Assembly (NCBI GenBank): GCA_951406725.2
Contig: OX597816.1
Location: 3,100,001 to 3,164,000, forward strand
Length of the DNA: 64,000 bases
Source of the DNA: Octopus vulgaris
Lineage: Eukaryota
Reading direction: 5' to 3'
Shown: positions 29,761 to 43,499 of the stretch, piece after piece
Position numbering within the stretch: the first letter of the stretch is position 1
Layout of the letters: every line of letters starts with the position of its first letter
Made by a program: the position numbers and the translations under genes
The notes under the pieces: model-generated
The model's input: only the letters and a program-made list of their open reading frames with translations
Databases searched by the model: none
What the model was told of the DNA's origin: nothing

Positions 29761-30210
29761 GATTATGATAATTGTAATGATAGTGAAACCTGTCCGTCTG
29801 TAGCATAAATTTTGTCTTGGCTTGCAATTTCCCCGTTTTCCTCTGCATGTATGCACGTAAGTATTGCACCTATGTGCATACGTACGCATGCACGTACGTA
29901 TGTACAGTCATACACATATTTCTTTTACTCTTTTACTCGTTTCAGCCATGCGGCCGCGGTCATGCTGGAGCACCACCGTAGTCTTGCTGATTTCTTCCAC
30001 ACGATCGTTAAAGACATTATGGTACCGCTTTTGAAAGTAGACAAAAAAAAAAAAGAAAAAAAAAATCCCTTTAATTGAAGGAACTTTATTTTAAAATGCG
30101 AAGAAAATGATAAACCTCCTTTGCTTAAATTCTCTCAAGAAAACTTAAGAATAAATAATTGGCTTTCTCTAATAAACCTTAAGAAACTTTCTATCTAATC
30201 AGAAGTACCG

Positions 30211-30531
<321 letters not shown>

Positions 30532-30536
30532 TTCTC

Positions 30537-31456
30537 ATTCTGGGCGTCGACGACTGTTCAAGACGACTTTAGGGCCGGGACCTATGGACAACTTCCAGAG
30601 ATCCCTGGCCTGGAAGTGCTATCGAGAAGCGCTACCCGTTCGGGATAAGCTATATAGACATGGTTCGAGAAACACGGGGCCGACCTGTCCGAGATGCGGT
30701 CAGAGCGACGAAACCGTTCTGCACGCACTCGTGCAGTGTCCAACAATTTCCGACCTGTGGGCTTATGTCGAACGACTGCTGTCACGTGTGGGACGTGTCG
30801 GTTTATCAGCCGAGTCTATCGTTAATATCGTCACGCCTCCTTCCTTCAAACGGGAAGGAAGAGCTATTTTCATCATCCTTGTGGCTATGGCGAAAGAGTG
30901 TATCTGGTGGACGCGTCTGAAAGGATTGGAGACAAACACTTTCCTCTCTGGTCAATCTCTCATCAACTTCTTCAAGTACCACTTGAAAAGGAAAGTGAGA
31001 GTAGAGAGGCAAGTTTTGTCGAGCGAATGTTTTAAAAAAAGATGGGTGAATGTAGCAAGGATAGCACTATGAATGACGAAGCCACCTTGAGCATAATCCT
31101 ATGAACCCGGAAATTGAAAGCAGAGGGCTACCTACTTGCAAACAAATGTGGTAACATGTAACATTATTGACCGAGGTTACCGTGGTCTTTTCCGTAGGCT
31201 TTTCTTCCCACGGATAAACCTTATCTGCTTCCTCCTTTACACTTTACATCATGACACTGTGATACACGATCCCTATTGATCGTTTTTTCTGTTTTTTCTT
31301 TTTTCCCTTTTTTCTTTATTTTCCTTCTTTCTCTTTTACGATCCCTTTTGATCGAAAACCTACCCCACTTTTTTTTTCTCTCCCCCAAAAAGAAAAGCTC
31401 TACTTTTTAATCTGTCCCGTCTGTGTGCAGCCCTGTGTGGCTAATAAAGAAACATA
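30537..31456 (+). mobile_element. 5'-truncated Tx1/L1-clade LINE: zf-RVT C-terminus plus 3' UTR
   Basis: ORF 30584..31072 contains CPRCGQSDETVLHALVQC...LW (CCHC knuckle) and IWWTR, followed by a T-rich UTR; (TATC)n on both sides. Confidence 0.88.
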
Positions 31457-31524
31457 TCTATCTATCTATCTAGCATTTTTGAAAGGGTGAAATAAAATTA
31501 CCTAATAATAAAATGTTGTTTAAA

Positions 31525-31890
31525 TATTAGCACAGGACCAGCAAGTTCGAGGAGGGGGTAAATTTATTATATCGACCCTAGTGCACAACTGGTATTTTCT
31601 TATTGACCCTGAAGGGTTGAAAAGGTGAAGTCGACCTCGGCAGAATTTGAACTTAGAACCTAAAGTCGGACGAAATGCAGTTAAGCGCGTTAACGATTCT
31701 GCCAGCTCGTCGCCTTATATATTATTTAATAATATTAAAGCGGCGAGCTAGCAGAATCGTTGGCGCGCCGAACAAAATGCCTACTGGTATTTCGTCCGTC
31801 TTCACGTTCTGAGTTTAAAATTCCACCGAGGTTGTCTTTGCCTTTCATCCTTTCAGGGTCGATAAAATAAGTACCAGTTGTGTACTGCAT
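31525..31890. mobile_element. Head-to-head pair of family-A SINEs (minus to 31714, plus from 31740)
   Basis: Both carry the head and Nin-like domain; 25-bp AT spacer. Confidence 0.87.
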
Positions 31891-32175
31891 TTCCCGGAGA
31901 TTCTTGTTTTATATTGTAGCCGATTCATCCGCAAGGATTAGTAAAAGCTGTCGAAAAAGACGCATCTTTGTTATCCATGGCCAACGAAGCTCACGTGAAC
32001 CAAGCTCCCTAAAATAGTTACTACTTCGGCATTTTCCCTTCTGTTTTATTATTATTACCTCCCTTTAACATTTCCTAGAGAAACCCTAAATCTTATGGGC
32101 AACGGCAATATAAAGTGTAAGAAATTAAAGACATGACAGCGACATGTTGAAGAATAGACTCTGCCTGTCATGATA

Positions 32176-32337
32176 AATCGTTAGCCACTACACACATTTT
32201 TTTCTCTCCTTCTTTCTGTAGAAGAGCGTAGGCTCGAAACATAAAATACTTTTTCTATTTCTGAGCGTTATACTAATACATCTGTTTGTTTTGTACACCA
32301 CTTGTCTTCGTCTTTTGTTTTTTTCGTTAACTTTCCC
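32176..32337 (+). mobile_element. Hammerhead-bearing short element
   Basis: tcttt-CTGTAGA-agagcgtaggctc-GAAAC-ATA-aaa at 32211-32246. Confidence 0.7.
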
Positions 32338-32679
32338 TAAAATAGGTTAAAGTAGGATCTGCGCTGTGACCTCATAAAACCCTCACCAGCAATGACCACC
32401 CAAACAGACCCATGGGTTGGAGAGTTTTCGCTGAGTTACGCAAAAGTGTCAACAACCAAGAGTAAGGAATCACCAACAAATACATACGCTGGCTCTATCA
32501 GCGGGTTCCATATGATGCCCTCCATTGCAGGCTTCTATTTCAGTGAAGTTGCTAAGTTTCGAACATATTTTCACAGCCAACATTTACGTTCTTCACGTTT
32601 TCTTCAAACAAGTTCTGCTACAAATCAAGTCTCTAGTACGGATGCTGTAATCTTCTTGACTAAATATAAATGTATGACC

Positions 32680-33078
32680 TATTTCTTTACTTTACAGAGA
32701 GGACAAACAAGGACAGACAAACGGATTAAGTCGATTATATCGACCTTAGTGCGTAACTGGTACTTATTTAATTGATCCCGAAAGGATGAAAGGCAAAGTC
32801 GACCGCGGTGGAATTTGAACTCAGAATGTAAAGACAGACAAATACCTATTTCTTTACTACCCACAAGGGGCTAAACACAGAAGGGACAAACAAGGACAGA
32901 CAAACGGATTAAGTCGATTACATCGATCCCAGTACGTAACTGGTACTTAATTTAATCGACCCCGAAAAGATAAAAGGCAAAGTTGACCTCAGCGGAATTT
33001 GAACTCAGAACGTAACGGCAGACGAAATACAACTACGCATTTCTCCCGGCGTGCTAACGTTTCTGCCAGCTCGCCCGC
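32680..33078 (-). mobile_element. Family-A SINE dimer
   Basis: Two units joined at aaatacc|tatttctttac (32846|32847). Confidence 0.92.
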
Positions 33079-34065
33079 TACCCAGATGGTAGCTCTATCT
33101 TAACGAGAACTTTTGTCTCTGTGTTTATTTTGAGGCACCTCTGGGTTCTAATTTAGCTGCCACGTTGCAAATGTTCCCTCTAAATCTTCGATTGATTCAG
33201 GAATGAGACTTTGGTCATTGTCATGTAGGAATTCTCATAGACAGCCGCTCTTATGTTTCTCATATATTCGCAATTTGACGGAGGAAATGACTTAATGTGC
33301 TGTACAAATATCTAATCACTATTATCGAATCATCTGTGCAAGTTGTCCCGCAAAATGTTACGGAACATTCATCCGTCATCTTGTAAACTCATAAAATTTA
33401 GGCGGGTCAAGGTTACGACTTCGCTTTGATGTCGCTGTTAGCGCTCCAAAGCGGTTTACAGATGACTTGTCGTCCGAATCTCGCAGGCGATGTTACTAAG
33501 GTTTCCGTTTTCTTTTTCTTTCGTTTCTTCTTTATGCACACTTAAATATATACGCATTCACAGGAGCATGCAATAGCTCTAATATCTGGTGTTATATCTC
33601 ACCCCAGTTCAGGTGTTTACGGCAGACAGGTGAAGGTATCAAACAGAACGCATGACGTGTAAGATGTAACAAAGCTTTCGTAGCAAATATAAGATTACAT
33701 CGCCGCAAACTTTGGTGGTTTTAGGTTCGCCGCTTGGTTTCCGACACCACACAACCCGACTGGTTTACAGAGATCTCCGGCTTTCTGTCTTTCTTTCTCT
33801 CTTTTTCTATTTTATAAAGACAAACTTTAACAGCACCTATCTAATTTCTAATACTTCTTTATCTTTTCCCCCATCTTACCGTTTGGCGGTTTAAGTTTAA
33901 AGTCAAATAAGTCCAGTTTTACATTCTTGTCTATCATACACAACCACAGACACGCACAAACACATAGACACACATGCAAAAACACTACGTAGTCACTAAC
34001 ACACAGCACATACACACACACACAAACAACGATGTGTGTGTGTGTTGTGTGTGAGTGTATGCCTT

Positions 34066-34353
<288 letters not shown>

Positions 34354-34399
34354 ACTTAGATATGTTTCAACCAAAGATTGGCCCAGGCCATGCCTAAAT

Positions 34400-34985
34400 T
34401 AATGGCACCACATGACTGGATTTGCTAAACCCCTTTTGAAGTCAGGTTTTGTGGTATCATGGCCCATTCGAGTAGAGAGTTCTTGTTGAGTGAGTTGTAT
34501 CCAGGCATAGGTGTCTTATCTGGTATTCCTTTTTAGAAGTGATGGGATCCTTTTTCTCTTTGATCGTTTTGGGGATAATGTTAAATAGGAAAGGGCCTGT
34601 TGAGGTAACGAAATAGTGTTGCAGTGTATTTATGTGTTGTGATCCTGAATTGGGTAGGGAACGCATGGACCGGTGGTCCTAGCCTTGGATGTATTCTGAA
34701 ACTAATGTTGAGGCCGCTCGGGCAATGTTGGTGATATATTCTCCACATGGAGCAAATGATGCATCGCTCACTGCGGCGCTGGAGAGAATAGAGATTCAAT
34801 GCTTTAAGGCGGTCCCAATAATCGAGATCGATCGTGCCCTTAATTTGTTTAGTGAATACCCTCTAGCATGATTCAATTTTCGAAATGTTTTTGTTTTGTG
34901 CAGGGGGCAGCACAGTATTCTAAACAAAACTGTCCGACGAACGGGAACGTGAAACTTTGAGTAACAGTTTTTGTGATATTTTTTG
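34400..34985 (-). mobile_element. CR1-group LINE 3' fragment
   Basis: LEYC...KIES..RVFTKQI...DYWDRLKALNLYSLQRRSER and GPFLFNIIPKTIK. Confidence 0.8.
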
Positions 34986-35003
34986 CTGCTTTTTTATAAA
35001 GTG

Positions 35004-35156
<153 letters not shown>

Positions 35157-35178
35157 ATATATATATATATGTGTGTGT

Positions 35179-35383
35179 GACCGCGTGTGTACCGTTGGTG
35201 ATTTTCTTTCCTCCGCCTTCCCTTCTTTGGATCTTTCCTTTTCCTATGTTTCTGACGAAGAGCTCCGCTCGAAACGTTAAAGCCTCCTTCTTTCCTTCTT
35301 TCCTGAGCGTCCAATAATACTATACTTGTTCCACGTCCTCGCGTTGTTGTGTTTTCTCTTTGTGTTTTCATATTTGGATTAAC
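35179..35383 (+). mobile_element. Short element in (TA)n with a canonical-core minimal hammerhead (35249-35281)
   Basis: ttt-CTGACGA-a-GAGC-tcc-GCTC-GAAAC-GTT-aaa; (TA)n on both sides. Confidence 0.75.
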
Positions 35384-35431
35384 TATATATATATATATAT
35401 ATATATATGTCTCTCTCTCTCTCTCTCTCTC

Positions 35432-35528
<97 letters not shown>

Positions 35529-35833
35529 TACATATACATACGTACACTTACCTATATACATACATCACGCATACAAACATTCTTACATGTATATTCATGT
35601 GTGTGTGAGTGTGCGTGTGTGTTTGTGTGTTTGCATGTATATGTGTATATAGTTGTGTATGTACGTTGCACATATATGTATATGTGTGTGTAAATATGTA
35701 TGTGTATGTGAATGTATTCAGTACGCGAGATTGTTATTATACGTACACACAATTATATGCACACACACACTAACACGCACACGCACACAGATATGTATGT
35801 GTGTGTGTGTATTTGTTCATATACGTGTACTAG

Positions 35834-35894
<61 letters not shown>

Positions 35895-35931
35895 GTTTAT
35901 ATTTGTCTCTCTCTCTCCCTCCCTCTCTCTG

Positions 35932-36019
<88 letters not shown>

Positions 36020-36433
36020 CCTGTCTGTCTGTCTGTCTGTATATATATGTATGTGTGTGTGTGTATGTATAAGTAGCCTAGAGGAGTAAATGACAGTGGT
36101 CACGGAATCAGTTTGATCGTGTGCCGTGGCCCACCGCAGATATCGAGTCCAGTGTTATTCTATCCCGGGGATTTGGTTATATTTGAAACGATAACCCTTA
36201 CTGAAGCTCTTCGATGACAGTGGCGGGTGGGGGTGGATGGAGTGGATAGGATGGCTGGAATTCGATTCCAGTCACGCGGTGTGATGGTATACGCCCTGCA
36301 CACGCTCAGAAAAAGGAAAATTGAAACCCAACGAAGTCACTTCATGAAAATACATCATATATACGTATACGAAGAATCCTGGGTATGTATATATACGAGT
36401 ATACATATACATACATATATATATATGTATGTA

Positions 36434-36485
<52 letters not shown>

Positions 36486-36929
36486 TATATGTGCGTATCA
36501 AGACAATTGCCCCCTCCCCATAGGACAATTCCCACTCGACGACAACTGCACCGTAGGACAATTACGCCCTCTCTCATATATTAAGAAGTCTTAAATCATC
36601 ATCTGTTCTCAAAACATCTTGTCCGACCGTCCCATAGGCCTCCCTTTTGAGAAACACTGATTTAACCTAAATTTGAGACACAAGCAAAAGAAGAAATAAA
36701 GATAGACTTTTTTTCTATTCCAAAGAAAAACGATTTTATTCACACAAATATGCAACCAAAGAGTTTAAAGTACCAATGATAAGGCTGTTGACTGGGAGAA
36801 CACAAACATGGTTTAAACAGAAAGCTTGGCAGGGAAGAAACGTGCCTTTAAGCAGTATGAAAACTGGAAGGTGCAGTTATGTACAGGTTGACAGAAGAAA
36901 AGTACGTTCCCACCGCTTTATCGGTCGCA

Positions 36930-37092
36930 TTCTTACCTAGAATAGATTTTTGTAATTTTTTCAAGACTCATATACGCCCTGATACCGTCGGCATCTACAT
37001 ATCAAATTTGAGTGCAATCGGATGGAGGATGCCCGAGATCCTAGAAGACACACACACAGACAGACAGAACAGATTTTATATAATATATATAG
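36930..37092 (-). mobile_element. Helitron-like 5' end fragment
   Basis: Minus strand ctatatatattatataaaatctgttctgtctgtctgtgtg...ccgattgcactcaaatttg, the usual non-autonomous Helitron start. Confidence 0.5.
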
Positions 37093-37203
37093 CCGAAATT
37101 GCGAAGTTAATCTAGTACTCGACTGAGGAAAGAAAACTCCGAATGACCCGTCTTTGTCTTCTTTGTTTCGTCTATCTGGATGTTTTGTTGTCCCATTTTG
37201 TAT

Positions 37204-37235
<32 letters not shown>

Positions 37236-38002
37236 CAATTCAAAGAGAGTTAGGGGTTGTGAATCCAACCAACTAAGGAATAATAGTATCTATCCAATAT
37301 ACTGTTCGTAGAATACCCAAAATCCACTGCAGGAATCCACCCTTCCTAATGCATGAAATATGTGTGTGTGTCTATGTATATATATATATATATATATATA
37401 AATTAATAAGAAATTAATAAAGGAAACATATGCATATATACATACATATATGTACTACCCACCTCTACATGTATATATACACGCATTTATGGGTACAGGA
37501 CACCAAAAAAAAAAAAAACGTCGAACATACTGAGAAACGAAAACATAAACACAAAACCAAGGAACTGGACATTATATATATATATATATATATATATGTT
37601 AAAGGTGTGAAATTGTAATGATCTTTGAACGTTAACTGACGAAGAAAGAGCATGTCCTTGTCCTGTGTGTAAATTCTCAGTTTGTTCCTTTGTTGTCCTG
37701 TTCAATTTTTGAATCTGATATGTATATATATATACATATATACATACATACATCTGTATATATATATGTGTGTGTGTGTGTGTGTATGTATGCACACACT
37801 TACGCATACATGCGTGTGCGTATGTACATATATGTGAACAGTTATATACACACATGCTTGCACAAACAGTATCCCACCCCATAACACATTTAAAGGAAGA
37901 GATCAGAATAAATTTTGCTTGATAAACCGTGTGTGTGGTGCATTTATAGGCGTGTGTGCGTATGCGCATTTAAGAGATAGCTAGAAAGATAGATAGATAA
38001 AT

Positions 38003-38033
<31 letters not shown>

Positions 38034-38048
38034 AAGAGAGAGAGAAAG

Positions 38049-38080
<32 letters not shown>

Positions 38081-38309
38081 ATATCGCTTAAAAGTTATAG
38101 AGAGGGAAAGAGAAAAAGGTAAATTGGGAAGAGGTGGGACGGGCGTGGTGTAAAACTTTCTGACATCTTCCGAGGTTGTACAGAATGTTTCCGATGTATT
38201 TGGGGAAGGAGAGGATTGAAAAGGAAGAAGGAAGAAGGAAAAAGGGGAGAGGAAAATATGTATAAGACAATGAATAAGGAGGGGGAAGGAGAACAACAAC
38301 AACAACAAT

Positions 38310-38713
38310 CCTTTCTACTGAAGGCACAAGACCTGCCTGAAATTTTGGGGGAGGGGACCATTCGATTACATCGAACCCAGTGTTTCACTGGTACTTAATA
38401 ATTTATCGACCCCGAAAGGCTGAGAGGCAAAATCGACCTCGGCAGGATTTGAACTCAGAATGTAGCGGCAGGCGAAATACCTGTTTCTTCACTACCCACA
38501 AGGGGCTAAACACAGAGAGGACAAACAAGGACAGACAAACGGATTAAGTCGATTATATCGACCTCAGTGCGTAACTGGTACTTATTTAATCGACCCCGAA
38601 AGGATGAAAGGCAAAGTCGACCTCGGCGGAATTTGAACTCAGAACGTAACGGCAGACGAAATACCGCCAGGTATTTCGTCCGGCGTGCTAACAGTTCTGC
38701 CAGCTCGGCGCCT
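38310..38713 (-). mobile_element. Family-A SINE heterodimer (tail-B unit plus tail-A unit)
   Basis: Junction gaaatacc|tgtttcttcactaccc at 38481|38482. Confidence 0.9.
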
Positions 38714-38731
38714 TCAATCATCATAATGATA

Positions 38732-38798
<67 letters not shown>

Positions 38799-39029
38799 CG
38801 ATGATGATGATGATGATAACAGCAATAATATTAATTCTTTCTAATATAGGCACATGGTTTGAAGAAGTTTTGTGGGGCGGGGCAAGTGCTCAAGTGGAAT
38901 TTTATTTTATCGATCTCGAAAGGACGGAAAAGGCAAAGTCGACTTCGACGGTGTTTGAATTCAGAACGGAAAGAGTTGGAAGAGATTCCGTTAAGCATTT
39001 TGTTCGACGCACTCACGATCAAGCCTGAT

Positions 39030-39590
39030 TGTGAAGAAAGAAGGAAGAGGAGGAAAAGGAGAAGGACATGGAGAAGGAGAAGAAGGAGAAGAAAGACAAA
39101 GGAGAAGCGGAAGAAAGACAAAGGAGAAGCGGAAGAAACAGAAGAGGAAGCGGAAGAGGAAGAGGAAGGGGAAGAAGAAAGACGAAGAAGGAGAGGAAAA
39201 AGAAGAAAAAGGAAAAGAAAAAGAACTAGAAGTAAGACGAAGTAGAACAAGAAGAGGAAGAAAGACGAAGAAGAAGCGGAAGAGGAAGAGGAAGGAAAAA
39301 AGAAGAAAGACGAAGAAGGAGAGGAAAAAAGAAGAAAAAGAAGAAAAGGAAGACGGAGAAAAACAAAGAAGAAAAAGGAAAAAGGAAAAGAACGAGAAGT
39401 AAGACGAAGTAGAACAAGAAGAAAAAGAAAGAAAATGAAGAGGAAGAGAGACGAAGACGACGGAGAAGAAGGAGAAGAAGGAGAAAAAGAAGAAGAGGAC
39501 GAAGAACAAGAAGGAAAAGGAGTTGAAGAAAAAGAAGAGACGGACGACGGTGATGGTGATGATGGTGATGATGTATTACGAAAAGGAGGT
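39030..39590. repeat. Purine-rich (GAA/GGA) low-complexity tract
   Basis: Direct reading; agtaagacgaagtagaacaagaag occurs twice. Confidence 0.92.
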
Positions 39591-39699
39591 GGTGGTGGAG
39601 ACTCTAGGAATCTTGCTTGACTTGAACTTGACTCACCGGGGAATGGAAACTGGTCCGAGGAATCGGCGAGTCGAGAATGTGAATATTAATATTGTTTAT

Positions 39700-40350
39700 A
39701 CGGCAATGGAGCTGGCAGAATCGTTTGCATGCCGGACCAAATGCTAAATGCTATTTCGTCCGACCTTACGTTCTGAGTTCAAATTCCGTTGATGTTGACT
39801 TTGCCATTCATCCTTTCGGGTGGTCGATAAAATTAAGTACCAGTTGTGCACTGGGGTCGATATATTCGACTTAGCCCCCTCCTCCAAAATTGCCGGCCTT
39901 GTGGCAAAATCTGAAACATATGGCGTAGGAGTGGCTGTGTGGTAAGTAGCTTGTTTACCAACAACATGGTTCCGGGTTCAGTCCCACTGCGTGGCACCTT
40001 GGGCAAATGTCTTCTGCTATAGCCTTGGGCCGACCAAAGCCTTGTGAGTGGATTTGGTAGACGGAAACTGAAAGAAGCCCGTCGTATATATGTATATATA
40101 CGTATATATAAGTGCGTGTGTATATGTTTGTGTGTCTGTGTTTGTCCCCCCACTAATGCTTGACAACCGATGCTGGTGTGTTTACGTCCCCGTCACTTAG
40201 CGGTTCGGCAAAAAGGACCGATAGAATAAGTACTGGGCTTACAAAAGAATAAATCCCGGGGTCGAGTTGCTCGACTAAAAGGTGGTGCTCCAGCATGGCC
40301 GCAGTCAAATGACTGAAACAAGTAAAAGAGTAAAAGAGTAAAGAGTAAAG
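39700..40350 (+). mobile_element. Family-A SINE (39700-39915) directly followed by a full family-B SINE (39922-40350)
   Basis: Matches to both families. Confidence 0.9.
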
Positions 40351-40936
40351 AGTATATTGATATTGTTTATGCGGCGGCGGCGGCGGCGGCGATGGTGGTG
40401 GTGATTGTGGCGGCGACGGCGGCGGTGGTTAAGGATTTGAAGATGATTCGTGTTCGGGTGAGGGTTCGTGGTGGGAGAACTTGTTGTTCCTCTGGCGACG
40501 CACGCGCGCACACACACACGCACACACACACGCACACACACAAACACACATACAGAAACACGCGCTCATTGAGGTCCCACCACACTCACCCTTTCCGCCT
40601 TCACTCTCCCCCCCCCACCGCCTCTTTAAACTTTAAGCCTCACCCGTGGCCTGTCTGCCTGTCTGTCTGCCTGCCTGCTTGTCCGCTCGCGCGCGCGACC
40701 GTTCTCTCTTCTATTCATACAAGCGTACAAATCACACACACACACAAATACAATACACACACACATACAGACAGCTACATACATACACACTTACACACTT
40801 ACACTCACGCGCGCACTCCCGTGCCCCTCTCTCTCTATCTCCAACTCCTCCCCCTTCATACGTACAAACTCTTACTCTCCCTTCTCTCTCATCCATTCAT
40901 TCATTCACCACTGCTTATTACTCCCGCTCTCTTCTA

Positions 40937-41309
40937 CCTTCTCCCTCTCCCCTCTCTCGCTCTCCTATCCACTTCTCCCTTCTCTCTCTCCCCTCTCTCG
41001 CTCTCCTATCCACTTCTCCCTTCTCTCTCTCCTCTCTCTCGCTCTCCTATCCACTTCTCCCTTCTCTCTCTCCCCTCTCTCGCTCTCCTATCCACTTCTC
41101 CCTTCTCTCTCTCCCCTCTCTCGCTCTCCTATCCACTTCTCCCTTCTCCCTCTCCCCTCTCTCGCTCTCCTATCCACTTCTCCCTTCTCTCTCTCCCCTC
41201 TCTCGCTCTCCTATCCACTTCTCCCTTCTCTCTCTCCCCTCTCTCTCTCTCCTATCCACTTCTCCCTTCTCCCTCTCCCCTCTCTCGCTCTCCTATCCAT
41301 TTCTCCCTT
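40937..41309. repeat. Minisatellite, 9 x 41 bp, pyrimidine-rich
   Basis: tcctatcca recurs every 41 bp from 40963 to 41291. Confidence 0.95.
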
Positions 41310-41572
41310 CATATCATTATTATCATTATTATTATTGTTATTATTATTGTTATTAATATCGCTCGCGCCCCCCTCCTCCTCCCTGCCTTGTCCTTCCTTC
41401 CTTCCTTCCTCTCCCTCTCCCATTCTGCGGTTCCTGTCATGCCCTTCCCCTCGATATATATCTGATCTGTTACACTGACTGGCAACAAGCTGCTTGAGGT
41501 GAGCAGCCGTTTAAAACACACCAGAAATGTCGCTTAATTTGTTTAGTTCTTCGCTCCGTCAGTCGCAGCCGG

Positions 41573-41611
<39 letters not shown>

Positions 41612-42271
41612 TATGTATATGAGTAAATAGACACACGCACACGCGCGCACACATACGGACTCTCTTTTCAATCCCTCTTCTTCTCCTCCTCCTCCCCGCC
41701 TTCTTCCCCCCCCCCTGCTCCCTCCACCGTTTTTTTTTTTATTATTTGGGTAATTTTCGCGTTTTTTTTTCTTTCATTGTTGTTGCTTTTTTTCATTTTT
41801 ATTTAATGCAAACTGTGGGAAACTGTTACCGTAATCTCTCTCACACATTTTCTATCATCGCCACCGTCGCCGCCACCGCCGCCACCCGCCGCCCGCCACC
41901 GCCGCCGCTGCCACAACCACTAAAAACCATCCCAAAAATGGCCATCACTAACTACCTTCGTGGTCACTACCAATATCGCCACCAGCATCACCACTAACAC
42001 TTACCATTGCCTCTACCACCCCCGCTCCCGATCCAATACCAACGGGGGTGGGGGGGATCTCTAACTGGTCTCTCAATCTGCTAGAAATAGCAGCAAAATT
42101 CTCCCTCGAATCACCTCTCGATCATCTAAGAAAAATGGACAAATTCAACAACATGGTACTTGAAACATAAAAAACCCCCCAAAAAACTTGAAGGTCACGG
42201 AGTGTAACGTCGATCGGGGTGGATATAGAAGTAAGCTACAACGAAGACCACAATAACAACAACAACATCGT

Positions 42272-42325
<54 letters not shown>

Positions 42326-42469
42326 CACCATCATCATTTCTCTCATCATCATTGTTTCATTTCTGGTTCTCCGTACGACCAGAAGAAACAACACGGGTGG
42401 CAGGGGATACCCTGGTCTCACTCCTGTGATGACGTCGAAGGGTTCTGTATTGCCGCTTTCTGCTCTCAC

Positions 42470-42899
42470 ACAAGAGGACAATCTTGGGAATCAGATCACC
42501 GAGATCCATTCCACCCATGGCATCCACGCAGAACACTCAAGATCGCATACAAGGACGGAATGAGGAACTCTTGAAGTTCTGAGAAGAGTCAAATCTGCAC
42601 AAGATGTCTGCATGGGATTGTGGCGGAAACCTGAGTGAGACTGGCAGGTCATGGTTTCCAACTTCAAGAAGAAAGAATATCCAAGACGTCCATGGAATGG
42701 GAAGCACCAGAGGAAGGAACGAAAGGAGGGAAACTCGGGAAGAGATGATGTACGACTGTCAAAGAAGATCTGAAGCAAGTGAGCATCATCTGGGGAGATG
42801 CTGGGAATAAAGCTCAGAAGTGGGATGCCTGGGGATGTCTTGCGGCCCGATTTAGGGGCCAACCGCTCAGGAAGGACTTCGACAGAGACTAAATCTAAG
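42470..42899 (+). mobile_element. Decayed RTE-like LINE 3' end
   Basis: RRTLKIAYKD..N..VLRR, RLAGH...ERISKTSMEW and TVKEDLK...W..A....W; ends taaatctaag. Confidence 0.75.
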
Positions 42900-43109
42900 C
42901 ATTATCACCATCACTATCAACATCCTCACCATTTCTCTAGCGTCCCCACCACCACCACTGCCGCCACCGCCACCGTCACTACCACCACCATCACCATCAC
43001 CAATCAATATTACTTTAGATTTCGCCCTTGGAGTGGGACGGGGGGTGGGTGGGTGGTCGTCTTCGGATAAAGAAGTTGTGTCTTGCTGTGCTTTTTCCAA
43101 AAATATTGG

Positions 43110-43499
43110 TTTCAAATTTTGACACAAAGTCGGAAATTTCGGGTGTGGGAGGAGGGTGGTAGTCGATTAGATTGACCTCAGTACGCAACTGGTACTTAAT
43201 TTATCGATTCCGAAAGGATGAAAGCCAAAGTCGACCTTGGTGGAATTTGAACTCAGAATGTAGCAACAGGCGAAATACCGCTGAGCATTCACCTTTCACC
43301 AAAATATTATTTTCTATTTTAAGCACAAGGCCAAAAATTTTGAGGGAGGGGACCAGTCGATCAGATCGACCTCAGTACACAACTGGGACTTAATTTATCG
43401 ACCCCGAAAGGATAAAAGGTAATGTCGACCTCGGTGGAATTTGAACTCAGAACATAAAGACAGACAAAATAACCGCTAACATTTCTGCCAGATCGCCGC
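43110..43499 (-). mobile_element. Two adjacent family-A SINEs (independent insertions)
   Basis: Second copy is bracketed by the direct repeat caccaaaatatta (43297 and 43507). Confidence 0.85.

Noticed and set aside
32400-33500. LINE AP-endonuclease remnant on the minus strand
   Set aside because: Only faint motif resemblance; too degraded to support by eye.
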